Origin: Stegostoma tigrinum
Lineage: Eukaryota
Direction: 5' to 3'
Assembly (NCBI RefSeq): GCF_030684315.1
Contig: NC_081369.1
Location: 10,826,035-10,890,034, forward strand
DNA length: 64,000 nt
How positions within the stretch are numbered: position 1 is the first letter of the stretch; each line of letters begins with the position of its first letter. Under the pieces are notes generated by a model. It did no database searches. It was not told where the DNA came from and saw only the letters and a list, made by a program, of their open reading frames with translations. Shown here in pieces: positions 12,141-25,175 of the stretch. Position numbers and translations under genes: made by a program.

Positions 12141-14591
12141 CCTCATATCGCTGTTCCTTTACTGTCATTGGGTCAAAATCCTGGAAGTCCCTCCCTACAG
12201 TAATGGACTGCAGCAGTTTGAGAATGCAGCTCACCGCCACATTCTCAAGGGCAACTAGGGACAGGTAATAAATGCTGGTCAAACAGCAATGCCCATGTGC
12301 AATGAATGAGAAAAGAATCCTACTAAAGAGTTTCTAATACTTTTAATGCTGCAATGTCTTACTTAGCCGAATCTTTCCAGTTGTGATTGATAAGGGACTT
12401 ATTTCTAGCTCTATTAGCATAAACCACTTCTCAATTCCGATAGCGTGAAAAATTCCACACAACTCTAAGTTTGAAAACTTCACAAACTGAAATATCGCTG
12501 CTGGTTTGAAACTGCCCTACTGAACTGAAACCTGATTGTGAACTGAATTCAAAAAAAGCTAACGGTCCTGTACTGTTTCCTCTGTATGTGATAAAAATTC
12601 CACTTGGGAAGCATTCAATAAATTAACACCCTGGCTACCCTGACAGGCACTTACTAAGTCATCTGCTTTCTTATAAATCATGTATTTACTTCAATGTCAC
12701 AAATTATTTTCTGATCTCTTTCAAAAAATTACCTTCACAGCACTGAAACCAAAATCTATATTACCTCTAATTTAAAAAGAAAAATTTCCAAAATACAAAA
12801 ATATATTGTACACATTATCAGAAAACAATTGTTGAAATTTATTCAAGTAAACACCTATCAAATTATTTGTTAAAATACAGATTCAAAGATTTAAAGTAAG
12901 TGAGGATGAATGTCACAAATGAAGATGAAATTGATATCAGTGTCTACTATGAAGCAGGCCTGGCTTGCTTGAAGATTCTCTTTCTGACCTGAAGGGTTTG
13001 AAAACTTGGGTGCAATGTAGTCAAACAGCTGCCACAGTAAACTAAGCAGAAGTGTTTTGGAAGTGAGCGCAGGCTCCTTACTTTCATTTTTACAGCAGTA
13101 CCTGTTCTGACTATCGGTAGTCTGGTTCAGTGCAGCAAATCTGGAAACTTTCTTCTGTCTCCTGCTTGAAAAGCAGTTACTGCTTTAAAACGTTTCTCAC
13201 ATTTTTAAAACAAACATTTTGTGGAACAAAGCCAGCATTTTCTGCCCATCTCTAATTGCCCTTGAACTGAATGAATTGGGAGGCTCACTTCAGTGGGCAG
13301 TTAAGAGACAACCACATTGCTGTAGCTGAGGAGACATATTTAGAGCCAGCTTTCCCAAAAGACAAGTGAACCAACTGTGCTTCTGCAACATCATTGAAAC
13401 TGGTTTCAATTCCATTATAAATTGAATTTAAATTCCACCACTTGCTGAGGTGGGATTCAAACCCCTGACCAAAGATCAGTAACCTGGGTCTTTAATAACT
13501 AGTGTAGAAATGTTAACCCCTTCTCCTCTTCTGCATGAAATGGTTGTTCACAATCAGACTTCTATACAGTTCAAAACTTAAAATAGCTGCTATCCCAAAA
13601 CTGTTGAATTTTGTCTCTGTATTGAATTATCTTAGGCACAAACCCATTCATTATATTTTAGTTAGGTATTTTTTCTTAACTGCTTTAGCCATTTGCTTGG
13701 ATGGTTCTTATTCTGTAGTCTTTTGGAGAGATAAGCACAGCTATTCACAACTTCAGGGAAACCACTGCCAAAGACTTTCTAGTTACTGTTGGAAATATCT
13801 GCTGGGCTTCAAAATGTCTGGTCAATTTCTTCTTGACATAAGTACTGTATAGTATGGTCTGGTCTCAACACCACTGAGTTCACAAAGGCGGTCACGTCAC
13901 TTCTGAGAACCATCTTGTAAGATTCTTTGCATGTATTTTAAAGTTCGATTAATTTTCTTTGTAAAATATGTAACATTGTAACAACACAAATATTACAAAC
14001 CTTTTTAAAATTTTTATTGGCATACTGGGTCAGACTGATTTTGAAGCGGCAAATGGTGGGTCAGAGTGGAACAGATCTTGAGAAGCATTTCTTTACAATA
14101 CATAAAGCACACATTTTAATTTCATGTAAATATTAAGGTGTGAGCCCTGGTGCAGTGGTCACACTTCCGACCGACTCACAAGTTTATGGATTCAAATCCT
14201 GCTTCTGGAATCAGAGCCTTCAGCACCTCTCAGGTGACTGTAAAAGTGCCATGGCATTATTCAAAGAAATAAAACGCAGAGTTCTCTCAGTCCTGGCAAA
14301 CCCTGAACCATCAAGTAACAGCCAGAACAGATGATCTGGTCATTTCGTTGCTCCATAAAAAAATGACTCCCACTTTTCATAATTACATCATTGACCACAT
14401 AAATGTGTTTCCTTGCCTGTAAATTACTCAATGTCTAGAGTCTGTGAAAGATGTTACATTAATGCAAGTTTTACTTAATTTATTTTAATTCCCACTTATT
14501 TTGTTCAAAAATCACTGCAATGAGTTTTTCAATTAAATTTGTCATCCTTCTTAACTGAGTTACATTTTGTCCTTTAGTTGGTTCCATTAAT

Positions 14592-14791
14592 GTTTTGGCA
14601 AACATCTGTAGCTTGGGTTGTAGATGAGGTTGTTGACTTGCTCACTGAGCTGGTTTGTTCTCTTTCATACGTTTTGTCACCATGCTAGGTGACATCATAG
14701 TGGAGCACTGATACACTGATGATGTCGCCTAGCATGGTGACAAAACGTCTGAACGAGAACAAGTCAGCTCGGCGAGCAAGTCAACAATTTT
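14592..14791. mobile_element. Second-family palindromic Penelope-type element with hammerhead-like cores
   Basis: Inverted arms 14630-14787; CTGATGA-T-GTCGCC-TAGCAT-GGTGAC-AAAAC-GTC at 14716-14749; imperfect 11-bp TSD GTTC(C/T)ATTAAT. Confidence 0.7.
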
Positions 14792-15492
14792 GTTCTATTA
14801 ATTTATTTCTATTCCTATATCTAAAATTTATTGTTAGACTAAAACATTCTCTACTGTAAGGTATAATCTTCTCATAAAGTAGCATATCATGTATTAAAAT
14901 GAAACAATTATGGAATTCAAGTGCTAAAACTTTCACGAAGATATCCACAATACATCAAGATAAAAAGTCTGACTTATTCAACTATCATAAAGAAATGGTG
15001 CTCATGTTAAACTAAATACCAAATCCCATAAGATATTATCTGACTCACCCTAAGCAGCGCCAAAGCTGATCATCCAGTAAATATAAAAATCTTGCATTTA
15101 ATGTGCATCCATCAGTCTTCAGGTAATCAACTTCAATGTGGCAAATGCATTGAAAAAAAGAAAGAAAATGAATAATTTAGTACCTTCTCCTTCTGTCCTT
15201 TGGGATCAATTAGGGATTATGCCTCACTGTCAATCTACAAAAAAAAATCACCTCCAGTAAGATTTTGGCCTCTAATTGGCTTCAGGATTTGCCTATTTAC
15301 ACCTCCTAGAGTCTCTAGGCCACAGTCACATCAGCACACTACTCCAACTCAGCAGCAGAATAATTCATTACGAAATATATCCTAAAATGTTTCTGTCCTT
15401 AAAAGAACCATGAATTCTAAAATTTACTATAAAGATTAAAATAAAGAAAAACAGAAAATAGAGCGATGTTGTCCAGATTTGATGATATCCAA

Positions 15493-16034
15493 TGTGATGT
15501 TACTATGGCTTTAAGAAGTGTATTTTGTCTGTGAAGAGATTGAGACAGAGATGCTGAGTGGTCTGCTTCTAGTCAATAAAGTAAACAGCTTGTGAGGTCT
15601 TGGGATTTTTTTTAAAAGGTTGGAACAATAGAAGCGACCTGTGGGCTCCCACAGAACCAGGAACTTTAGTATCATTTTTAATAGCTGTTGATGTTGTGAA
15701 AGCTGCTATATCTCTCTCTCTACAGCTAAAAGCTTCCTGCTGCTGGAATTGCATGTGTGACAAGGGTGTGCTAATGGGATGTCACTATATCAGAAAAATT
15801 AATCAGTAGTTTATTATTTTGTTAAGTATTTTGATAGAGTTACAATTAAACCAATTCTTTTAATTTTAGTTTGTCTATATTTTAACTGTAGTGCATGAAT
15901 AAAGTTTTGCTTCAAACCTGATAGCTTGACCAATCAAATTGCATCCAGAATGCAATGCCTGCCACTTGCCTTTAAAATTAGAAAAAGATATGGTTTTTGA
16001 CATGTTTTGAGAGAATTTGTTGTGATCCATAACA
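15493..16034 (+). mobile_element. Solo LTR
   Basis: TG...CA termini (TGTGATG...CATAACA), internal AATAAA near 15898, near-TSD CCAA/CCAG. Confidence 0.6.
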
Positions 16035-16089
16035 CCAGAGATTGTTGATTCAGGGAATCAGGGAAGCTCAAATTTTCCACAGATCACTT

Positions 16090-16770
16090 CTAAACCACTT
16101 ACCCCTCACATTAAACGTAAGCCCTCTGGTCTTAGTCATGTGTGCCATGAGGAAAAGATTCTCACAATCTACTCTATGTGTCTCATAATTTTGCATACCT
16201 ACTCAGATCCACCCTCAGTGTCCTCTGATCGAGGGAAGACAAAGAATATCTCTGTATCCAGCCTCTGGTCATAACTGACACTTTCCATCTCAGGAAACAT
16301 TGGTGAAACTCCTCTGCACACTCTCCAGTGTAATCACATCTTTCTGATAGCACAGTGAACAGAACTTCCCAATATTCCATCTGTGGCCTAACCAATGTTC
16401 TATAAAGTCGTAACACAATTTCCATGATCCTATATTCTACCCTGGCTAATGAAGGAATCCTCTATGCCTTCTTCACCAACCCATCTGTCTCTGCTGACAT
16501 CTTCAGGGAATTAGGGTGTTGACCACCAAAGTCACGTTGTTCTTCAGTGTTCCCTAGGGACTTACCATTCATTGTGTATACCTTCCCTTATTAGACCTCC
16601 TAAAATGTATCAGGTCACACTTATTGAGATTAAATTCGATTTGCCATTGCTGCACCCAATCTACCAGCTGATCAATATCAGACTGTAGTCTGAGACGATC
16701 TTCCTCACTATCAACAACACTGCCAATTTTCATTTCACCTGTAAACTTAATAATTGTGCCTTCTGTTCCT
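16090..16770 (-). mobile_element. CR1 LINE fragment
   Basis: LYRTLVRPQMEY and LQSDIDQL..W...WQIEFN..KC on the minus strand. Confidence 0.85.
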
Positions 16771-17028
16771 ATACTTGCATTTTGTAATCCCAGAATTGGA
16801 ACCACACCAACCATAGACAAGATAGGCCAAAATTTGCTCTCTCGAAGTGATTGCTAATACTGTTGTTGATATTACTTGTTCAGGCCATCCTTGTCACTTC
16901 AAAGGCACTTAATCTGAAATGAACCTGGTCTCCATGTTACTATGAAGTTATACATGGCATTAGCTCGGATGTCAATGGAGGCTCAGTTAGCTGGATAACT
17001 GGTTTGTAACGTAGGGTAACGCTAACAT

Positions 17029-17159
17029 TTGTGATGAAGTGTCTAGGCCCGAACTTAGGCTTTTATGTTCCTAAAACGCTGCTTGGCCTGCTGTGTTCAT
17101 CCAGCTCCACACTTTGTCATCTCGACTTCTCCAGCATCTGCAGTTCCTACTTTCTCTGC
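17029..17159 (+). mobile_element. Penelope pseudo-LTR fragment inserted into a tRNA-derived SINE
   Basis: Family tail CCTGCTGTGTTCATCCAGC...CAGCATCTGCAGTTCCT; flanking AAC(G/A)CTAACA duplication. Confidence 0.65.
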
Positions 17160-17569
17160 AACACTAACAGCATGGGTTTATTTCCCACACCAGCAGTGGT
17201 TGTCATAAAGGCCTTTCCTTTTCAACCTCTACCCTTGCCTGAGATGTGGTGACTCTCGGGTTATAAACCATCACCAGTGACCCTGACTATACGTGTTGAA
17301 TATGTCCCCTCGTTTTAACAAAAAAGAGGCATCTGAAGAACCAATTGATAATTTCTTTCGATAATTTAGTGCGGCGATGGGTAGCTCCAAATCGCTAAAT
17401 CACTGCGGGGGCACTTGCGATTTCTGGGGTTGTTTCCTTTTTTATAAAGTTGATTTTGGATCTGCAGCAGCCGCGGAGCTGCGTTTGCTCGCTCACGTTC
17501 ACCGAGGCATCATCGCTGGGCGCTGGGGAGGAGACCGCACCATCTGCGCCTGCGCGGCTCTCCGGGCCG

Positions 17570-17594
17570 GTTTCCACGGAGACGGCTGTAAACA
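17570..17594 (+). promoter_or_regulatory. RFX X-box (GTTTCCACGGAGAC, 17570-17583) next to forkhead motif (TGTAAACA, 17587-17594)
   Basis: Matches the RFX and FOX consensus motifs 30-55 nt upstream of the ATG of a motile-cilia gene. Confidence 0.65.
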
Positions 17595-17624
17595 TTCGGC
17601 GGCGGGAGGGCGATCCCGGGAAAG

Positions 17625-17734
17625 ATGGCGGCCACTTTAGGTGTCGACCAAAGTTTCGATTTCGACGTCCACCTGGACGAACGCATCCATGAACTGACAC
17701 ATGAGCAACTCCAGGAATTAGTGGAAAAGATCGG
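17625..17734 (+). CDS. CCDC113: CCDC113 exon 1 (MAATLGVDQSFDFDVHLDERIHELTHEQLQELVEKI)
   Basis: AAGATGG Kozak context, GG|GTAAGG donor, phase 2 matching exon 2. Confidence 0.85.
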
Positions 17735-18587
17735 GTAAGGGTACTAGCCCCTTTTTAAAAAGAAGTGTGCCGCCACAGAGTAAGGAGCTACCGGCTGCGG
17801 CCCGTGGAAGGGAGTCGTGCTCAGTGTCTCCAGGGCTTTCCTTTTCAGGTTTAACTCCGGATCTCCAGAACACACCAGCCTGTTTCTTTTGGAAATCCGG
17901 CCTGATAATGGTAAAGAAACGACGCGGTTATTCGCGCTGAGCCACAATGAAGCCGGCATTGTACTGGCGCCGTCCTCAGTGGCATCCATCCAGCATCGCC
18001 GGCCGCTCCCGTACGAGTGCCTTGCACGTTTGGGAAGCGTTTTCTATTCTTTGAGGGGGCGAAGTAGTTAACAGAAAAACTATCACATTTTGTTTCTCTC
18101 GGCGATCCCAGGTGAAGAGTTAAGGCTTACAGTGCAGGGTCCTACCAAAGATGAAGAAGAGAACGGGAGGCAGTTCTCTTTGGCAGCTTCTTGCTTTTTC
18201 GCACCTTGCTTTGGTGGGTCAGTTCTGTGTTGAGCGTCTTGCTTGGCTCTCAAAAGCCCACTCTGGTATGTCAGATTTTGGCACATTTGCTATATGCCAA
18301 AGTCCCACCAATTAAGAATTAAGGAGGAAACAGTTACTTATTATTATTACATACAGCACTTCAGTACAGACTTCAAAAGTTGTGAAGGGTTTTGGGACGT
18401 CTGGTGAGAATGAAAAGCACTACCAAAATGCTAATTTCTTATTGAGTCTGTCAAGATAACTCTCCAATATAATGCACTGTCTTAACATGCAGTGACTGTA
18501 ATTAACTGGATAGTTACAAAAATTCAACTGCACTGAAAGGAGTGTTTGGTTAATTCATTTTTGGTGAAGTGAGTAGTGTTGACCAGA

Positions 18588-18711
18588 AGACTGAAACACA
18601 GACAAACTGATGAGGGAGAACCTGGTCTTCTCTTTTGACACAAGTAGTAGACTGAAACACAGACAAACTGATGAGGGAGAACCTGGTCTTCTCTTTTGAC
18701 ACAAGTAGTAG
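18588..18711. repeat. Perfect 61-bp tandem duplication
   Basis: AGACTGAAACACAGACAAACTGATGAGGG...CACAAGTAGT occurs twice with period 61. Confidence 0.95.
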
Positions 18712-19658
18712 GACTAATCTGGAACCTTTTTTTCCCTAAAAAGCCAAAGATGCTTTGAAACAGAAGCTTTCAAGGCTGATCTCAAAAGTAACGGAAGAAA
18801 ATGGATAGACAAAACAAACTGAATGCACGCCAGGCATAAACAAACATTATGGCTGTCTCTGTTTTGAATATTCTTTGGGGAGATTATGGAATGGAATAGA
18901 ATGGAAAGTAGGCCCACCTTACTTTGTAATACGCATTCACATCATTACAATGGGATTGGGTGTTACACCTTGCCGGCACTTCTTGTTTTTTTACTTCTTT
19001 AGTTTAGCAGCCACTGCATCTTCCTAAAGACTCTTTGTAATGTAGTTGATTTTAAAAACAATACATAATGAAGCAGAAAATCTCTCCTAATACTCCCTGA
19101 TTTCTGGTTGTTACTTTGACAATTAGAAATTGTAATCTTTGTAATTTGTAATAGCTGTCAGACATAAGAATTCTGGAAGGGAGAGGTAATGTTCTTTTCC
19201 AATTTAATTTGTTTTTAAACAGCAGAATTTTGAAAGCTGTAATCATTACATTTTTCTTAATAGCTAGGATGTATACTGTGCCTTGTGTCTGTGTATGACA
19301 GAAAAGACAAATGTGTTAACGAACCATGCGCAAAACAGCCAAGTTCAGAGTTTACAGAGGAACCTTACAAAGTCAGAAAACAGTGCTTTAAGTCATGAGA
19401 TAAACAGATACTACTCCACCCTCACCACAATCAATGTTCTGCAGTCTTATTATGCTTTGCATGATATAGCAACTTCTAAAAAGGTAAAAAAATTAAATAT
19501 GGGTAAAAGGATTAATGTATCTTTAAAAAAACCTCTTTATAGTTTCCATGGAAAAATGGACAAGGTTGTCAAATACAACATCAAAGCACCAGTATAAATC
19601 TCAAAATGTAACTTTAGTCAGGTTAGATATTTGACCATGTTCAATTTTATATTCATAT

Positions 19659-20260
19659 TGTTATGATCCCCATCAAGACAATAAAAGAAATATGAATGAT
19701 ACAGCTACTGACCAAAAGTTGCACAAGATTTAATGCTTTTGTAACAAACTAACTTAAACTTACATAGACTAAAAATTACTTAAAGGTAACTTATATATCA
19801 GGCTAATTCCATCAGCATTTATGTAGCATTGGAGCCTAAGTCCCACACTCTGGCTGGCTCAGCAGTGTTTCTTCTTGTTGCTACACCAGCCTGAGTCTTC
19901 CAGTATCACTTGAAAGCAGTTTCCCTCAATCCCCTGAGAATCTCTAAACTGACATCCAGAATCAAGGCCCAGAAAGAAAACGCCTTGGTCCTTATATGTC
20001 CACATGTTCTACTGCTTTAAACAGAAAGCAAGTATTCCTTCATATCCTACTTATTAACACAAAACCATCTTTTCCCCTGCTTTTCACAGCAGTAGCTGTG
20101 TTTGGTACTCCTCTCTGGGACTCTGTGTCTGAGAATCTGTGTCCAAAAAGAATGGGTACCCCTCTTTTCTGTGAGAACTGCACAAATTGGCACTTGATTT
20201 TTAATAGGTTTTCACTTGGGCCAGAGTTTTGTATGATTTCATTACCCGCATTCTATGACA
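19659..20260 (-). mobile_element. Probable solo LTR
   Basis: TGTTATG...ATGACA termini, ~600 bp. No clear TSD. Confidence 0.4.
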
Positions 20261-21092
20261 TTCTGTGTTATTTTACATAAAGGACACAGCTTAAAACAAA
20301 TAAATGTTTCATAAGATCCCACTTTATAAAAATATCAATGATGCTGCTTGGTTGCATGATTCTGAATCACCATGTATTGGCAATTTTAGAAGATGTCTGA
20401 CACTTTTATACATTTCTTGTCAATCTATTCAATTTTAAATATTAACATTTAAAATGGAAACTGACTTTGTAAACTAATCCTTGCTGTGATTACACTCTCC
20501 TGCCATTGGATTGCCACTGGCTGGAGGGTGTAATGACAACTCCACAAGAGATTGACTAGCTTGATTTTTTAATTAATATTAGTAGTTTTTGAAATTGTGA
20601 AGAAAAATCTCAACCTCTTTAAGTTTACAAAGCATCCTTGAACTTTACTTTCTCAACTATTTTGAATACCTACCCGAGCAAGCAGTAATCAGCAGATCTA
20701 CTGTTAAGCTTGCCTATGCTGAATAAATCCAACTGACTTTACAAAATTAGATAGGGACCAGGCACATTATGACTTGGAAAGGCTGTAATTTTGATTACAG
20801 TCAAATTAAAGTTGATTTTCTTTTAAGGTTTTCAATCAGTGATGTAAATCCCGACCAATCACCTAAAGTTTAATAAACTTATTGCTAATGTGATATATTA
20901 AATTATGACATGGTGAAGTTGCTGATATTGTAATATTTAAGAGGGATTGAAATATTGTGGTGAACTAGAAGTAACTAAATGTTCCATTTTATACACTCTG
21001 AGCAGCTCACGAGCTCTTACGTAAACCATACTTTCTTTTATAAGCCCCTGACAAAATGTGTATATCAGTGATTTGTTTATTTCCATATGTAG

Positions 21093-21216
21093 TATTTCCA
21101 ATGAAGCCTTGAAGATTGAGTCTGATATGCTTGATAAGTACTATGAACGTGTGGTGCCCAAGGAATTGGTTCTTCAAGCCCAGGTTCAAGCACAGGAACT
21201 AGCCCAGTTGGCACAG
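21093..21216 (+). CDS. CCDC113: CCDC113 exon 2 (ISNEALKIESDMLDKYYERVVPKELVLQAQVQAQELAQLAQ)
   Basis: TGTAG acceptor, CAG|GTAGTA donor, N.ALK.E..M..KYY motif. Confidence 0.88.
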
Positions 21217-22154
21217 GTAGTACCTACAAAGCAGCATTTCTCAATAGTTTATAATGTTTATAATCTGAAAGAAAGGGACCCACAATATCTGTAGCAAAAT
21301 TTTGACACACAAAAAATGTTATGTAGAGACATCATGCTACCTGACTGCCTAAATTTTGTTGGAGTATTACTTTTGGGTGAGTGAGAAAACAGGAACTCTG
21401 GGTTTACACTATAGTATACAGTATAGTGCTTGGATTGGGTGTTGGCTCAAGTTAGTGGTATAATGAAAGAGTGTGAATCTGAGATTGAGCTCAACAGGGA
21501 TTAGTTAAATTTTGCAGCATTTCTCTTTTAAACGTTATGAATATTTTAAATTATTCCATGAAAGGCAGGATAGCTATTTGATAGCATGATGGCAACAAGA
21601 AATCTTGCTCACTTCCTGAACATATGGAAAAAATGGTGTACTTGTCTGTCAGCTAATTATAACCAGGATGTGCCTAGGAAATCACACCATCCCTTTTCCT
21701 TATATACTTCCATAATGTGAGTTTTGCAGTCAGGGTCTTTGTCAGATAGCGCATAAATCACATAAATAAATTTGAATGTGACTTAATTTGCAAAGTTGAC
21801 TTCACCTGCCCACTGTGTGTGGCGTATTGGTGTCACTTTTCTAGGACCAGCATGCCTGTAGTTCTATTGACACTCTGTCACAGTCCTGAGAGTATCCATC
21901 AGAAATGCAGGAAATAATGAGCCAAGCCAAGCAATAGCTCTACCAGTTGGAGACAGGTAGCATCAAGAATGCGCTACACCAAGAAACCCATATAATATCT
22001 TAGCCGTGTGGCTAAATAAAGCAAGGAGAAGTTAGCTTGCAGCTTAGTAAGCCAACAAGATGTAGGAGAGAAAAAGTTGAGAAACAATAATGATCACATC
22101 AGTTTGATTATAAAATGTGAAGTTCAGAACCTAAAATATTGGTAAATCTTGCAG

Positions 22155-22319
22155 GGGAGGTCAAGACATCGATCCCGGACTCGTCCTGTGGCAGTAGAGC
22201 GTCTTTTGATGTTAACAGCAGAGCAGAAGTGCAACATTGCTTATAGAGAACTCGAGGAAACAAAAGAGATATTATCAAAGCTGAAGCAGGAGTCAGAGCA
22301 CACAATTCGGAATTTACAG
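22155..22319 (+). CDS. CCDC113: CCDC113 exon 3 (GRSRHRSRTRP...LTAEQKCNIAYRELEETK...IRNLQ)
   Basis: TTGCAG acceptor, CAG|GTAAGG donor, 55 codons. Confidence 0.92.
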
Positions 22320-22855
22320 GTAAGGGTTGATCACAAGCCGTTCTGTGCAGTTAGTGACTTGACTCCAACCACATACTGTGGAGATAGCCAGTACTAAATT
22401 TCAAATATTTATAAGTGCCAATTGCATCTCAAGTTAAATTGGAGGTCTATCAGTGCTAAATTATTATATTTAAGACTGCACAGAAAAGAATGGATAGAAT
22501 TATGGAATAAAAATCCCTAATTGATTAAAAAAATCTACAATTCATGATATAATTAACAGAATATTACAGTGCTGGGGACAGAGGATGTCATTTGAGGAGT
22601 TAAGTACATAATTTATTTAATTAGAGATAAGAAAAAAATGGAGTTACAATTATACAACTGGGTGTACGTTGTCAATCACCAGGGAAATTCTGTAAAGATG
22701 TGTCAGCTATAAAATAGCAATAATAAGGCACTGCTGCAATTATCCTAATATAGACTGGGATAGTAATTGTGTAAAAATTACTGAGGAGGAAAAGTTTCTG
22801 AAGCAGCAGCATTTTCTTAATGAATACGTTTCTAGTCCAGTCAGGATGGAAGCTT

Positions 22856-23045
22856 CAGAGATAGCAGGAACTGCAGATGCTGGAGAATCTGAGATAACAA
22901 GGTGTAGAGCTGGATGAACACAGCAGGCCAAGCAGCATCAGAGAAGCAGGAAAGCTGACGTTTCGGGCCTAAGAAATGTCAGCCTTCCTGCTCCTCTGAT
23001 GCTGCTTGGCCTGCTGTGTTCTTCCAGCTCTACACCTTGTTATTT
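22856..23045. mobile_element. Palindromic Penelope-derived element with 13-bp TSD in CCDC113 intron 3
   Basis: Near-perfect arms 22893-23043; TSD AGGA(T/A)GGAAGCTT at 22843-22855 and 23046-23058. Confidence 0.8.
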
Positions 23046-23149
23046 AGGAAGGAAGCTTTGCTGGTTCTGATTCTGAGGAATGGTGTTGTTCAGGTGAATG
23101 AATTATCATAAGGGGAAAGTTTAGAGAACAGTAATCATAGAATCATAGG

Positions 23150-24150
23150 GTTTAGGAAAGCACCAGCAAATTTCAAGGAGGAATCTACAATAAAAATATT
23201 AATTTGAATGAGGGGTAATTTCAGTGAAATGAGAATTGATCTGGCCCAGTTAAATTGGAATCACTTTTGGCAGGCAAGGCTAGAATTGAGCTTAGTTTAA
23301 GGAGGAAAAGATTTAGGTATAGTCTTGGCACATTCCCACTGGAAGAAAAATAGGACAACCAATATCAAAGCTCCTTTGATCAAGAAAGAGATAAAAAGTA
23401 AGAATGATGCAGAACGGGGCATGTGGCAGACATTGAGAATACAAACGAGTGGGCTGGTTAAAGAAAATACAGAGGAGAAGTAAAAATAGAAATGAGAGGC
23501 AAAGAGAGAGGATGAGAATCGAGTGGCAGCCAACATGAAATGAGAATGCAAACGTCTTGTATAGGCAGATAAATAGTAAATGGGTAGTAGGAGGAAGTGG
23601 GACTGATAGCGGACCAAAAGGGAAACCTACAAATGGAGGCATCGAGCATGGGTGAGGTACTAAATGAATATATAATTTAGAATCCCTACACTGTGGAAGC
23701 ATTGAGTACACACCAATCCTCCAAAGAGCATCCTAACCAACCCCTTACCCTACCCCAATAACCCTGCATTTCTCATGGCTAATCCAGCTTGCCTGCACAT
23801 CACTGGACACTACAGGCAATTTAGCATGGCCAATTTACCTAGTGCATATAATGCATGTGTGTTTTTTTAAGCAAAAGAAGCATGTGCCACCAAAACTTCA
23901 GTGAAAGGGGAGATGGTTAAAACATTGAATGGGCTGAAAATTTTTAAAGAAATACAGGAAAGGTGTTCCTAAAGTAGCTTGGCCACAAGGTATGGAGGGA
24001 ATCTGCCTCCTTCGTTGCAGAGAGAAATAAGAGTGGAAAATGTGAGACACTAATTATAATTTTCCAATCCACCTTAGATGTGGGGAGGTGTTGCCCGACT
24101 GAAGAACTGCAAACATCACATACACCTTTGTTCAAAAAAGTTATAAGAAA
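23150..24150 (+). mobile_element. Degenerate CR1 ORF2 segment with an inserted HE1-SINE fragment (~23675-23840)
   Basis: CR1-like linker sequence; SINE text TTAGAATCCCTACACTGTGG...GGCAATTTAGCATGGCCAAT. Confidence 0.6.
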
Positions 24151-25175
24151 GGATATCAAAGGGAGTAATATAGACATGGATGGGATTTCAGAAGTTGAAG
24201 AACTTAGACGAAGAGAACAGCTAGGCGATATGCTACTGGAAATATGCAGAATTTGTGATGACATTAATGTATAATTGAAAGCTCAGCTTCAAGGCAAATA
24301 TGCCAATAAGGATGCATCAAACTCTTTGCAACCTCAGGCGGAGATGGAATTCATGACAAAGTAGCAGACTTGGTAGGGCAGGGAGCTGAAATAATAAGCA
24401 AGGTTTTTACCATGGGTGTGAGAAGCATGAGTTGGATAGTCTCCTGTCTGAGCAGATCTGCCTCCGTGGAAATGAGCCCCATATGACTGAGACAAGTCGA
24501 GTGCAGCCACAGAAACAAACAGTGTGATGGCTCATTTGAAGATTCGACTGGTTTTCTGAGACTTCCATTCAGATTTATAAAGGGTTGTCATCCTTTGTTC
24601 ATCTATACACCATCATGCTCCTTTCTGTACCTTACCACTATCCCCTTGCCATTTCCATGTCACTTTATTCACCACTCCCAACCCTGTGCCACATCCAGAG
24701 CCACTCATCCAGTATCAATTATGAGCGAACTTCAGAAGCCACGTTGACATGAAAAGCAATCTAAGAGTGATGTCACTCATGTACAGTTGTTGGGTCAAAA
24801 TGACTCTCATTAGTGAATCCCTTTCAAAGATTTTAAATTCCTTCAAGTAGTTAATCTGTTATAAAATTAAACTTATTTTTAGTAACCACTTCAAAGACAG
24901 CTAATCCTTTAATACTTCCTTTAAACTGCAAATTGAAATATGAACTTGGCACTGCCACTACTCTCCTCACTATACCAAGCTAGAACAATGATTAAATATC
25001 TGTTCTTATTAGGTCCCCTGATTTAGAAATTTACTTTGAATTGCTTGTGATCTGTTGCCATGACTAAGTTTCTGCCACACTTCCAGTGAAAATACAGTAG
25101 GTCTAAAGAAATTTCTGTCTTTGTGACTGTTCAAAGTACACAGATCTCTAACTCAATATGTTTGTTTTCCTCTAG

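Larger units (their letters stand above)
17370..18060 (+). promoter_or_regulatory. CpG island / promoter of CCDC113
   Basis: CpG-rich stretch spanning exon 1. NRF1-like TGCGCCTGCGC 17545-17555, YY1-like AAGATGGCGGC over the ATG. Confidence 0.8.

Noticed and set aside
18607-18645. CTGATGA plus hairpin as a hammerhead ribozyme
   Set aside because: No GAAA box directly after the stem and no NUH or stem III.
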